A stretch of 64,000 nt of DNA. It comes from Octopus vulgaris (lineage: Eukaryota). Below, in pieces: positions 13,955-28,076 of this stretch. A program made the translations under genes and the position numbers. The notes below the pieces were generated by a model, which saw only the letters and a program-made list of their open reading frames with translations, was not told where the DNA came from and searched no databases. The DNA is taken from assembly GCA_951406725.2 (NCBI GenBank), contig OX597825.1, positions 56,854,001-56,918,000 on the forward strand, in the 5' to 3' direction. How positions within the stretch are numbered: position 1 is the stretch's first letter; the number at the start of each line of letters is the position of its first letter.

Positions 13955-14829
13955 CATACATGTATGTATGTATGTATGTATGTATGTATGTATGTATGTA
14001 TGTATGCATGTATGTATGGTTGCATTTAAGCATGTATTTATGTTTGTATGCTTGCATATTTGTATCTATGCATGTAAGTACGTTATGCATATATGTATAT
14101 ATGGCGGGTATATTTGTATAAAAGTCGAATTTTTAGACCAGTTTACTAAGGTTAAATTTCGAGGGCTACTGATTACACGGACTCTTCTTTTGATGGTCTG
14201 AAGCTCAGGTTTCAATTCCAAGTGCTGCGACAGAAACAGCACCCCGAAATAATCTCTAATGTGAATAACGAAAAAAGACAATGAATTACAGTTATGATAC
14301 TAACAATTCTCCATTATCCGCATCACTGCACACATTCTACCAAATAAACGTGACCCTGTTCTTGTTATGAATATTTAAAACTAGTTGTTATACTTCTGTC
14401 CATCTTAGTTGATCAAATACGCTGTAATATCATCGAATTCCCATTTATGACGCTACTGTGTATCAGTATCATATTTTTATTTCTAATTAAATACTTCAAT
14501 ACAGTTTAAGGTTATAAATATCAAAACGAAAATGATAAATCCGGTGAATGAAAATAAACTCGTAAGCTTTATTTATGCATACAAAATTGAAGTAGGAAAT
14601 TTTAAAGCTTTCAATTACAACTACATGCTAAAATCTTAATATTTCAAACACGAAATTTCTTTAAAATCCTGCAAAATCACAGTGCTTATCATCTTCAGCT
14701 TTGAATAAACCCTTTTAATCTTCATAGTGAATGATGATATCGTTGTAGTTGTATAGATTCTTTTCATCATCGTTGTCCGTAATCATGGGTCTCACATTAT
14801 CGGAGGCTTCTTCATTATCATCTTTTCAC

Positions 14830-15860
14830 GGTGATTCGTCTTCTCTGCCATCCATTGCATTTGAAATTCCACATTTCTTGAACGATTTTATAATATCAGC
14901 TTTTATTTCCTTTCATGAACTAACAATCCACTCATGAACCAACAATCCACTCATGAACCAGAGACAGTGATGGACCCCAAATATTACTTCTTTTCGTGTA
15001 CAGGTTTTCACACATTTTCCTCCTTTTCATCCTCATGATGTTCGCTTGTATACCGCTTATGGTTACTATTATCTAACGATTGTAAAACAGTTATAACTCA
15101 ACTAGGAATTAACACTGTATCCAGGTCCTCTAATCAAACATAATCAACAACACCTTTCTTTATATGTGACTAACACGAATTCCAGATGAGAGAGCACTTT
15201 TACTTCTGTCGTCCACCAGGTTGCAAATTCCAAGCTTCCTTTATCCATTTTATAAATCCACTTTCATCCAGCTAGCCTTGTGGTTAAATACGTACAACAA
15301 TTTCTGTTGGAAATTAAAACCTAGTTTTAATTTAGTACCATCTTCCATACACAAAAGTACGAATGTGAACCTGTTTTTCTCGTATCCAGTAGTTTTCACT
15401 GGTTTCATTTTTTCTCTCATATCAGGTTCATTTTCTGACATGTCAAAATTAAGACATGTTTCGTTCATGCTTCTAATTTATGAAAACTTGTAACCTTCTT
15501 TAGCTGGTTTCTGTTTCAAATTAATGAAACTCTGATATATTTAATCAGCAGATTTTGTACAATTTTCATTCTATTCCAATGTGCTAAATCATTTCATCCC
15601 ATAAGCCATCCAGCATTTGCTTTAAAGCTCACAATTCCGTCTTTCTTTGGTTCCTTTTTCACATAGATTCCGACGCCCTCACAAATTGCAAATTTTCCAT
15701 GTTAATGATTTTGTAACACCCCACTCAGCAACTTTCTTTGGTTCCTTCTTCGCACAGATTCCCATCGCTTCACGAATTTGATCTTTCCCAATTATGTCTT
15801 CTTGCAAGTCTGAACTCTATTACCACACTTTATTACGTCGTCTAAAGTTTGTACGATATC
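14830..15860 (-). pseudogene. Decayed pogo/Tigger-type DDE transposase
   Basis: Fragments FKANAGW, NETCLNFDM (NMDETP-like), TGYEKNRFTFVLLCMEDGTKL, LQSLD and SFKKCGISNAMDG, with frameshifts and stops. Confidence 0.8.
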
Positions 15861-17099
15861 TTTCACCGATATCACGAGTTTCTCAGAAACACCAAATTCT
15901 TATGCTTTTACACATTTGTCTCTTGGACAATTTCACTAGATTTTACTATGAATACTACTACATATTTCTTTTATCTTCACGGAAGCATTTTTTCATTAAA
16001 AATTATTCTCAAAACAATTTTTTATAGTGCATTCCATTTTTCCTACAACTTATTTCGTTTATATTATTTCCTATACCTTGCTGAACATATTCTGATAACC
16101 TTCTACGGATACAAAATTTTAGAGATCAAAACTATATTTTCATAAATTTGCTTGCAATCATTTATAAATAAATATTAGAGCTCGTAACTTCAATAACTTA
16201 GAGATTAGTGCAAACATTGGTACACGCAATTAATCTAGCAAAACAAAAATTCGAACAAAGACAGTGACACTTAAAATCATGTGGCTGGATAAGTTGGCTG
16301 CTAAGAAAAGTTGTAACGATGCCAATTGAAATATTAAGAGAACAACAGGGACGCTATGCAAGGGAAAATGTAATCGACTCAGACAAACATTTAGAACCTC
16401 ATAGACATGAAGAATGCAACAAATGAAGCGAAACTAAACAGACGAACTCGGCAACTCAGATAATGAGTTGAAGAAAAGCACGGATGTGGATGGAAAGTAG
16501 ATTTGTGTCATACTTTTGTTATTTTGAATACCAGAATTTACAAATGAGAATGCTTCTGACATTAGATATTCATGCTTACATTAAGGACCCTACACAATTC
16601 CTCAAATCAGAACCCTTTACATGAATATATACTGATAAAGACGTTAAATTATATTTAGCACCAATTGTATGTGAATATGAAAACGCTATATATATAGCGT
16701 ACAGTTGACACATAAACACAATGCGTACAATATCAGACTTTCAGTTTCATAATATAACGTTTCCAAAACAATACACCTTATTAAAAATAAATCTATAACA
16801 AATTCGTCATTGTAATGGCTACATATTATTGTATCATTTTACTAATCTACGTGTAAACACGAATATAGATACTATTCTTATATATATTAATCATCAACTC
16901 AATTTAGAATTCCAATCAAATGTTCTTCAAACCTTGCAACTCAAACTCAGCCGTTACAAACTTCCCTGTGCGATTCTTACGTATAACCCAAACGGTGCGT
17001 CAATGGGGTCCCTATTTAGGACCTGACATCGCTAGATTAAATGTATTGTGTAGAAAATATTGCTCTGAATATGCGACATTCAACGAATTCTCTTTCTAC

Positions 17100-17320
17100 T
17101 TAACGGATTTAAAGTGTACTAATTCCGATCTCTATCGAAACCCCGCGTCGTTATTTTTTTGTCACTACCTCCGCGTGCCGGGAGCGAGTAATTTGGATGT
17201 GGTAACCGATTCGCATGCTCCTTCTCCGGAATTAAACCTTGATTCCCCGTTACCCGTTGCCACCACGGTCGGCACTTACCGAGCCGTCGACAGTTGATTG
17301 GGCGGATTCGTGAGGGACCC
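17100..17320 (-). pseudogene. 18S rRNA pseudogene fragment (5' domain)
   Basis: Reverse complement contains tcaactgtcgacgg, aacgggtaacggggaatcaagg, ttccggagaaggagc, accacatccaa, gaggtagtgac and gtacactttaaatcc. The conserved ggaaggcagcaggcgcgc block is deleted. Confidence 0.9.
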
Positions 17321-17339
17321 ATCACGCGTTGAGATAAAT

Positions 17340-18070
<731 letters not shown>

Positions 18071-18446
18071 TTGTCTATATATTTTGTAGTCATTTTCAAC
18101 GATATTTTGTACTCATTGTTCGTAATCTACTCCCAAATCACTTCAGTATATCTACTTTGCATCGCTTGTAAATTTATATGTTCTATGATCATTAAAGTGC
18201 AACAAACCTTCAATTTGATTTTCCGTTCCTAGGTTAATCGGAAACATAGGTTGCCGTGCTACTCATAAACATCGGTCGTTCAATTATTTAGTGAAAAAAT
18301 ATCCCCGAAGCAACTTAAACCGTCCAAAGGTCAGGTGCGTTTACTACTTAGTGATGTGTAGCTATTCAGCTTACAAAACAATCACAAAACTGAAGCATTA
18401 ACAACTCCACCATGTAACTCAGTAGACAATTCTCTCTCTCTCTCTC

Positions 18447-18507
<61 letters not shown>

Positions 18508-18556
18508 GAAGGAAACATCGTTTGACCTAAACTTTTATGTCATACATATGTACGAA

Positions 18557-18618
<62 letters not shown>

Positions 18619-18644
18619 CATATTAGATTACATTGATTTCAAAT

Positions 18645-18846
18645 TTTGGCACATGCCCAGCAATTTCAAGGTAGGAGTAAGCCGACTACATCGACCCCAG
18701 GGTTCAACTGGTATTTATTTCCTCGACCCCGAGAGAATGAAAGGCAATGTTGACCACCGCGGAATTTGAACTCAGAATGTAAGGATGAACGAAACGCTGC
18801 TAAGCATTTTACCGGGCGTCCTAACAATTTTGCCAGCTTGACGCCT
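18645..18846 (-). mobile_element. SINE family B
   Basis: gcggaatttgaactcagaatgtaa...gccagcttgacgcctt is the reverse complement of the family B head. Confidence 0.7.
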
Positions 18847-18921
18847 TATATTATATATTATATTATAAAAAATCCTATATGTGTGCGTTTGTGTATAAGT
18901 ATATATACATACATACACACA

Positions 18922-18985
<64 letters not shown>

Positions 18986-19087
18986 ATCCAAACAAGAAAA
19001 CACAGAAAAAAAGAGAAAAAAACACAGCAACGCGAGGACGTGGAACAATTAAAGTATTATTGACGCTCAGGAAAGAAGGGAAGAAGG

Positions 19088-19122
19088 GTTTAACGTTTCG
19101 AGCGGAGCTCTTCGTCGGAAAC
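19088..19122 (-). ncRNA. Minimal hammerhead-ribozyme-like motif within a dispersed repeat (18980-19165)
   Basis: GUUU CCGACGA A GAGC ucc GCUC GAAAC GUU AAAC; stem I GUUU/AAAC, stem II GAGC/GCUC. Confidence 0.55.
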
Positions 19123-20249
19123 AAGGAGAAGGAAAGATCCCAAGAAGGGAAGACAGAGGAAAAAATATTTTTGCTGGTGGTGCTCAAGAGATCACATATA
19201 TATATATATGCATATGATTGTGTGTACTGTACGTATGTGTTTGGGTGCGCCGCTGTTTATGTATGTGTGTGTGTGTGCGTGTATGATGCGTGTTATATTC
19301 AAAGAAATGTTAAATTTATGTAGTCCTGAACACACTTTCTTTTTTTTTACAATCTCAGTCATTTTATTCCTCTCGTTTTATTTCACAAGAGACTAACGTT
19401 CTGGTTTCGAATTACTTATAAACCCTTTGAATTATCAATTGACCCCTTTAGGGGAGGAATACATCGCTTAAGATGGGCTATAATTTACACTGTTGAGTGC
19501 ACGAGAATCCTATTCAAACATACATACATGCATGCATATATACATACATACATGCATACATACATACATACATACATACATACATACATACATACATGTA
19601 TGTATGTATATATGCATGTATGTATGTATATATGCATGTATGTATGTATGTATGTATGTATGTATGTATGTATGTCCATTTGCTGCTGACGTCATAGGAA
19701 TTTTTATAAATTCCCGAGAGAACATTAAATTAATCTTTTTAGGATTTTGTCTCTCCAAAAAGATTTTCCAACCCAATATTTATATGATACACTTTATAAC
19801 TTATGTGATATACTTCAAGAGCATGTTTGTGTGTCTGTGTGTCTGTGTGTGAGTCTTTCTGTGTGTCTGTGTGTGTCTGTCTGTGTGTCTGTCTGTGTGT
19901 CTGTGTGTGTCTGTGTGTGTGTCTCTCTGTGTGTCTGTATGTCTGTGTGTGTGTCTGTGTGTGTCTGTGTGTGTGTCTGCCTGTGTGTTTGGCTGTATGT
20001 GTGTGGAGTTGTGTAGCTTAATGATTAGAGTGTGGCGCTCGTGATGGTAAGCTTTTGATTTTGATTCCTGGACCGAGCGATGAGTTGTGTTCGAGAGAAA
20101 AACACTTCATTTTACATTTACCAATCCCCTCAGCTGGCAAAAATGCGTAATCGTGTAACGAACTGGTGTCCCATCCAAGGAGAAATGTATGCGCCACAAA
20201 ATTCGGGAAGCCGACAGTGTGGCTTAGCACGTACTTTTGATCTTCTTGG

Positions 20250-20404
20250 TGCGGTTATATGGTAAGAAACTTGCTTTCTAACCACACGGTTCCGGGTTCA
20301 GACTCACTGCGTGGTGCCTTGGGCAAGTGTCTTCTACTTTTGCCTCGGACCGACCAAAGACTTGTGGATGGATTTGGTAGTCAAAAACTGAAAGAAACCT
20401 GACG

Positions 20405-20436
<32 letters not shown>

Positions 20437-21482
20437 ACACACATTTGCATATATATATACATTACACTTACACACACTTCAAATTTACTTGCCATACACA
20501 CAACTACGCACACTGGACACACTACCACTCTACACACACACTGGCACGTTACATACGCCCCCACCCTTTCCCTCCTTCCCTTCTTCCCTCCTTCCTCCCT
20601 TTTTTTACCACTGACCACTCACTCGAGACTTGCTATGTCATCTGTTCGCCCTGCACGCACTAACATATACATATTTTTTGTTTTTTTTTTATCTCGCCTC
20701 ACACACACATACACACACGCACACGCACACACTCACACATACATACACACGCACACACACATACCTTCCTGTTTCTGATCTGCCTTTCTGACTTGCTAGG
20801 GTACCCCCACACACTCCTTTAATTCTACTACTGCCTGCTACTAGCCACTGTCCACCATACACACACACACACACGCACACACTCACACACACACCCTCGT
20901 TTTCTCGCACACCTTTTTTACCATTCCCTCTTTGATTCAGCTCTCCTGTTTTTAAAAAACATTTTCCTCCTTTTTTACTACTTCCGTCTTTTTAGTATGT
21001 GACCTCGTGAAGACTACCTGCAATTTTTTTTCCTCTGTCCTCCCGTCTCGGGATCTTTCTTTCTCCTATGTTTCCGACGAAGAGCTCCGCTCGAAACGTC
21101 ATACCCTCCTTCTTCCATTTTCCTGAGCGCCTAATAATAATAATACTGTAATTGTTCCACGTGTTGTTGTTTTTTCTGTTTTCCCGTTTTGGATTAACCT
21201 TATATATATGTATATATATATGAATGTATGTATGTATGTATATGTATGTGTGTATATATTTATGTGTGTATGTGCGTCTGTCTCTGTATTTGTCTCGCCA
21301 CCATCGATTGACAATCGATGCTGGTGTGTGTATATATCTCTGTAACTCAGCGGTTCGGATAGAATAAGTACTAGGTTTACAAAGAATAGGTCCTGGAGCC
21401 GATTTGTTCGACTAAAACCCTTTAAGGCGGTGCTCCAGCATGGCCACAGTCAAATGATTGAAACAAGTAAAAAATAAAAGAA
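20250..21482 (+). mobile_element. SINE family A split into a 5' half (20250-20405) and a 3' half (21290-21482) by about 0.9 kb of inserted repeat
   Basis: Both halves align with 3498-3930. The insert carries pyrimidine-rich sequence and a hammerhead-like motif. Confidence 0.6.
21070..21104 (+). ncRNA. Minimal hammerhead-ribozyme-like motif (same family as 19088-19122)
   Basis: GUUU CCGACGA A GAGC ucc GCUC GAAAC GUC AUAC; GUC cleavage triplet, one mismatch in stem I. Confidence 0.5.
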
Positions 21483-21546
21483 TATATATATATGTATGTA
21501 TAAATGTATATGCATGTATGAATTTGTGTGTGTACATATATATATA

Positions 21547-22344
21547 CTAGCAGTATTGGCCGACTCGTGCGTTCTATGCACGTGCGAATTAAGCTAAACT
21601 TGGATGAAGTTCAATCAAAATTCAATTATTTTGGTTTTAAAATCAAGCATTTAATGCCCTCTATTTTTGCGCTTATGTGTACCATTTTCTCAATAGGAAG
21701 TACGTAGAAGCGTTTCATAAATTTTTGTTGATCAAATAATTGCATTGTTAAATTATTCTTTTAGATCAGTATTTCTCAACGGGGATTTCAGGGGAGAGTT
21801 TCAAGGAGTCGCTGACGATGTATCGTGATGATCAAAACTCCTAAAATTTGGTTAAAGTGATTCAAACTGCAGACTCAACGCAAAATGGTCACATTTAATT
21901 CAAAGCGTTAAAAATGTTATGAAAACAATTGGTATGTGTTTACAAAGTCTAAACGATTAATACGAAAAAACCCTCCAGGCTACATCCCGAAAATTCATTT
22001 CTTTGCCGAATTTCTACAATGTTTACGGCGATTCGTCTTTATATCTTGATTTTTTATTTTTCATGCAATTTACGCATGCTTGCATGCGTGGTGAACACAG
22101 TTCACGTCAAACTGCTGACTATGTAAAAGTTCACTGTTCAATGCATGGGATAAGGCCTAAACAAACACATTATCGATTTTTGCACTTCCGAGATGAATTT
22201 CGGAAGAGAAATAGCGCAGTTCAATTTTCATTCGCCTAAACTTTAAGTGACCCATTTTTGGTGGTTCTACGATTTGTTGGTTAGGAGGAGATGTGCCGGG
22301 AAGTTAAACACACAGATACACACACAGACACACAAGTTGAGTTT

Positions 22345-22350
<6 letters not shown>
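21547..22350 (-). mobile_element. Non-autonomous Helitron-like element
   Basis: Minus-strand 3' end has hairpin cgtgc-atagaac-gcacg followed by ...tactgCTAGt. The 5' end is tatataaaactcaacttgtgtgtctg, embedded in (TA)n. Confidence 0.55.
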
Positions 22351-22404
<54 letters not shown>

Positions 22405-23145
22405 CATGTGTGTGCATGTATATATGTATGTATCATATAATTACTTCTAAATTAGTATTATTAAATTGTAAAAATAATTTTACATTGAAATTGCCCATAA
22501 ATATAGAAAAGCATTTAAACATTTCAATAGCAAATAACCCACTACTTATATTCACTTTTCCTATAATCTAATATGCATAATTTTTCTAAAAATCTGTTTA
22601 GCATATTTAATGGATGGTTAACTAATTGTCATGACGTAGAATTTCCATGTTGATTTTTTTATTCTTTCATTATCTACTGACGTCATCAAATGTTAAATAC
22701 CAAACTGGCTTCTCTTAGAATATTTTATTTCATTTTAAGATCCTTTGTAAGCATTCATTTATTCGAGTTATTTTCTTAGTTCTCTTTGAATTTAGTCCAT
22801 TTTGGATTGCCTTTGATAACGTTGCTTTAGCCTACGTTTTCTGATAAATTAATTCCACTGGTGTTTTATACGTTTTTCTGTATCTAGATAAGCTGGCACA
22901 ATAGAAACGATTATCCGTAACGTATGGTGTAACCATCAATTAAAGAAGTGATTTTCTCCATTCTTGTCCTTATTGTTTTACACTCTGAATTCTTCTAAGC
23001 GATATTTAGATTTAATTCTCATACATAATTCGCTTCTTGAATATATGGGTATCGGATTATTACACATAGTTAACCAAATTCGTTAAACAAAATGAATGCT
23101 TTCTAGATATCTGCTTACATATACACACACGCTCACGTACGCACA

Positions 23146-23180
<35 letters not shown>

Positions 23181-23558
23181 CGAGAAAAGCGTGAAAGAAA
23201 AAGCGAGATGCAAGAAAATCCGCGAAAGAAGTAGATCTAGAATGTGGAATTCCCCCACTTCGCTTCTTTCTGATTTACTTTTTTTTTGTTTTCCGGTTTT
23301 TCAACCTTCCACCTTTTATATGTACTTCTTTCTCGCCCTTTCTCGCGTTTCCTCTCATCCTATCATCCTATCTTTAGTTCGTGATGCCATGTGGGCAGTG
23401 CCTGAAGATTGCGCTGAGACACCACACGTGTTAAAAAATACAAAAATACTGTCTGGCATGCTCTCATCGCATAAAACTAATAGTAACACATAAAAACATA
23501 CTGTGTTTATTAAATAACATATATATATATATGTATATATAATATATATATATATATG

Positions 23559-23607
<49 letters not shown>

Positions 23608-23834
23608 TATATAGGCGCAGGGATGACAGTTGGTTAGAAGTTTGATTCAGTTCTATATTTAAGAGATGAGGAATTATGTACATTATTTACATTTTTTACA
23701 CTTGACAAATATTTGTCCTCATCTTTGTTGTTAACACAACGTTTCGGCTGATATACCCCCCAGCCTTCATTGGGGAAATTTCGAACCTGGGTTCTCATTC
23801 CTAAGGCAAGTGTCTTCTGCTATAGCCTCGGGCC

Positions 23835-23944
<110 letters not shown>

Positions 23945-23955
23945 TAGATCGATAG

Positions 23956-24000
<45 letters not shown>

Positions 24001-24029
24001 TAAGTGTTTATTATTTTATTAATTTTACA

Positions 24030-24990
24030 GGGCACAGCAACAAAGTCTACCCGTCACACCTCTCGGCCCATCATTATTGTCTCAATGTTCTGGATATACT
24101 CCAGGCCAGTGTCTGCATTCAAGTTGTCGATGTAAGTGTGACTACATTTTCTTCTTCTTACATCACCATAAAGTGGGGTCCACAAGACTAACTTGGATGC
24201 TTCCAGCTCAGGATAGACCAGATAGTCTATGCTCGATCTTTTCGTTAACTTTGGGTAGGTCCCCGTAAAGGCATTTATTTGTCATATGTTGCTGCTATTT
24301 CACACTTGGAGCCATTCGCAGCATCCTTGTGTAGCATCCATTCAGCCTGTTTGATCATTTCTTTGTCAGTGTCCATGTTTCACTGCCATATGATAGCACT
24401 GATTCAACAGTTGCAATAAACAGCTTGATTTTTTTATTTTCCTGGGCAATTTGGAATTCCAGACTTTTAGTCTGTGACAGGCTGTCCATGCTTGTGCCTT
24501 CCTGATCTTGATGTCTGCTTCTAAACTGCCCATCCAACCATCTAAGTACTTGAAGTCTTCAGCAACATTCAGTTTGGAACTGCTCAAAGGAAACAGTTCA
24601 GCATCCCTCGATTGGTTGAAGGACATGTATTCCGTTTTCTTGACATTTTTGTGCAGTCCTACTTTAGCAGCCGATGATTCTACTCTACTGAGCAGCTTCG
24701 AAGTCCAGATCTCTGGTGGTTACTGTCGGTACTCTCCGCGATCTTTACCGGTCTATAGTGAAACCAAAGTCTTCGTCACTATTGCCTATAGCCTATTGAC
24801 TATAGCCTATTGACTATTGCATAATCCAATACAGCTGCAAACAGGTAAGGTGCAAGTGGATCTCCTTATAGCACCTTAGCTAGTATTTGAAAGAATTCCA
24901 TTCCTCCGTCAGATGACAACACACAGGCTCTGGTCTTCCCATAGGTCTTTGTAATGGCGAGAACTAGTTCTTCTGGAATGCCATATGTCT
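24030..24990 (-). pseudogene. Decayed non-LTR retrotransposon RT / 3' region (RTE-like)
   Basis: Fragments GDPLAPYLFAAVLDY, EDFKYL, IKLFIATVESVLSYGSETWTLTKK and LNGCYTRMLR, with frameshifts. Confidence 0.75.
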
Positions 24991-25442
24991 GTATTTGTCA
25001 CTCATTACCGCTTGACAACTGCTTTTCGTGTACTTACTTTCTTGTAACACAGCGGTTCGGCAAAGAGACCGATAAAATAATAGAAGGCTTTAAGATGAAA
25101 TAAGTACTGGGGTTCGACTCGCTCGACTAAAGTTCTTGTAAGCGGTGCCCCAGCATGGCCGCGGTCTAATAACTGAAACAAATATAATAACTGAGCAAGC
25201 ATGATCTACTACGCCACCGGTTCGGCCAATGACTTCTGAATGAATTTGGTAAACAGAAATTGTTTGGTAATCATCTTTCAACTGACAAAGTTTAGAACTA
25301 TTGAGCTTCACTCAGAAAGTAAAATAAAGTTGACAAACATAACGACATTTATATAAAAGTAGAAGATTGAGAGTCGTGAATTATTGACAACTGTACCAAT
25401 ACAGCGTGATTATTAATAAGTGCTAGGAAGCCATATATATAT

Positions 25443-26285
25443 ATTACATGGGAAAAGCGAGCAAGAGAAATAATATTCTTAAGATTATAAACCTGGAAAA
25501 ATTCAGGACAAGTTATTACATCTTGTAAAGTACAGAACAAGAAATTTGTTACTTAAAATACTGCAGCAAAGGATAAAATTTCAAATAAAATATTTAGATT
25601 TAGAAAATATTAGCTTTTATTAAAACTAAAAATTTTATTACAAGTTATTATTTTTATTTATAATTACTTGTTACTTGTATAACTCAAAATGTCTTTTGCG
25701 GATTAAAAAATTTCATTTTTTCATTATTAATTCATAATTAGAAATTTGAAAATAGGTTATTAAAGATAATAGTTGTACATAATAAGTTAGTACAATAAAT
25801 AGAATAATACAAAAATTAGTTATGTATTACAGTAAAATCTACCTAAACAACAAATTCAGAGTAAAATTTGCTTGAGCTATTGCTTAAATTATTGCCAAGT
25901 TTTCACATTTTTAGTTTTGACCCAATGCCTATTTTTTTACATAATGAATTTGCCTACCATATATACTATTCTAAGTTGCATAAAACTTTAGCTATATTAG
26001 CACTTATGGCTCTCATTTTTTAAGTATTCTAGTGTGTTAGTACTTTAACAAAATGATCTTACCTTTTTAATTATAATGTTATTTGGTAAATTTAAATCAA
26101 ATATTTTTTAATATTCAAATTCTATCCTTAGCTGTAATATTTTAAGTAAAAATTTTCTTTTTCTGTACTTTAGCAGATGTGATTACTTGTCCTAAACTTT
26201 TCCAAGTGTTATAACTTGTCCTGTACTTTTCCTGACTTATAAGCTTAAGAATATTATTTCTCTTGCTTGCATTTTTCCATGTAAT
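25443..26285. mobile_element. MITE / foldback element with roughly 160-bp diverged terminal inverted repeats
   Basis: attacatgg.aaaa..gcaagagaaataatattcttaag... mirrored by cttaagaatattatttctcttgc..ttttccatgtaat. Very AT-rich core. Confidence 0.7.
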
Positions 26286-26441
26286 TCGTGTTTTTTCCAG
26301 GCTATGCTATTATGCTAATTAATATGTCAATTAATAATTTAAGATTTTACCTTATTGAAAATTGAATAATACATTTAAAGTGTGAGTTGTGTGAGTATGT
26401 GAGAGAGAGGTGTGTTGTTGTTGTCGTTGTTGTTGTCATTG

Positions 26442-26475
<34 letters not shown>

Positions 26476-26862
26476 CATATTTACCTCACATCTTTTTGAG
26501 TGAGTGTGTGAATGACCGAGAGAGAGAGAAAGTGTGTTGCTGTGTGTGTGACTGAGAGAGAGGTAGAAGAGAGTGATAGCGTAATTTTTTTATCTATTTA
26601 GTTTTTCTCGCATCTTTTTTTAATGAGTGAGTGTGTGAGTAATTCACTGAGAGAGGGAAGTGTTGTCATGTATGCGTAAAATGGCTAGGGTCAGTCACAC
26701 ACGCACACAAACTCATGTGTACACCCATTATCTGTTGTATAAACGTACATTCATAAATACATATACATACATGTTTTATGTGTATGCGTGTAAGAGAGTC
26801 AGTCAATAAATGAAGGTATTTGTTCTCGACAATTTTTTTTGCACGTATGTACAAGTAGCTAA

Positions 26863-27713
26863 GTAAAATTTAGGATCTTTTCCTTTTGAACGGCACATGT
26901 CAACACAATTTCTAGTTAACTAAACACTTTTAAACTTCGTATACTGGTAGAATGTGTTTATAAAACATCATTTTTCTTGGCTTTATTGAGAAAATTCTAT
27001 ATGTTGTAACATATTTCCACTTTAATTTCAAGCATTTCGGCAATTTTAACCAATTGCTGACCTCCATTTGGGGTGAAAACATTCCGTGCTGTATGAATAT
27101 GTCCCTCGTTTAAGAAACAGATTGGGTTTATTTACATCTGCGAAAAAAAGATACCCTTCCCCCACCCCTAACCTAACCTAACCCTAAATCTAAAATAGAT
27201 TGAAATGCAATAGATCGATACTAGGGTTATAATTATGGGTGACAATTTCATACGACACCGCTACGGTAAATGAGATATTTTTCTAGCGGTGTCAAATGAA
27301 AATGTCATCCATAATTATAACCCTAGTATCGATCTATTGCATTTCAATCTATTTTAGAGGGTTAGATTTAGGGTTAGAGTTAGGGTTAGGGTTAGGTTAC
27401 GGTTAGGGGTGGGGGAAGGGTATCTTTTTTCTTCGCAAATGTAAATAAACCCAATCTGTTTCTTAAACGAGGGACATATTCATACAGCACGGAATGTTTT
27501 CACCCAAAATGGAGGTCAGCGATTGGTTAAAATTGCCGAAATGCTCGAAATTTCACACGAAATATCTTACAAACTATAGAATTTTCTCAATAAAGCCAAG
27601 AAAAAATGATGTTTTATAAACACATTCTACCAGTATACGAAGTTTAAAAGTGTTTAGTTAACTAGAAATCGTGTTGACATGTGCCGTTCAAAGGGGAAAG
27701 ATCCAAAATTTAC
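26863..27713. mobile_element. Palindromic (foldback) element with about 400-bp arms, a 20-nt spacer and telomere-like TTAGGG units
   Basis: gtaaaatttaggatcttttccttttgaacggcacatgtcaacac... is mirrored by ...gtgttgacatgtgccgttcaaaggggaaagatccaaaatttac. Centre is gacaccgcta-N20-tagcggtgtc. Confidence 0.9.
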
Positions 27714-27717
27714 GCTA

Positions 27718-27780
<63 letters not shown>

Positions 27781-27789
27781 CTCTCTCTC

Positions 27790-27837
<48 letters not shown>

Positions 27838-27981
27838 ACACACACACACATACTCACACACACATACTCACACACACATACACACACAGCAACACACACC
27901 TTCTCTCTTTCTCTCTCAGTGAATCACACACATTCACTGAAAAAAGGTGCGAGAAAAAATAAATATAAAATGCATGCTGTC

Positions 27982-28076
<95 letters not shown>

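Noticed and set aside
27358-27420. True telomere or chromosome fusion site
   Set aside because: Only a few degenerate TTAGGG units, embedded symmetrically in the arms of a palindromic element.
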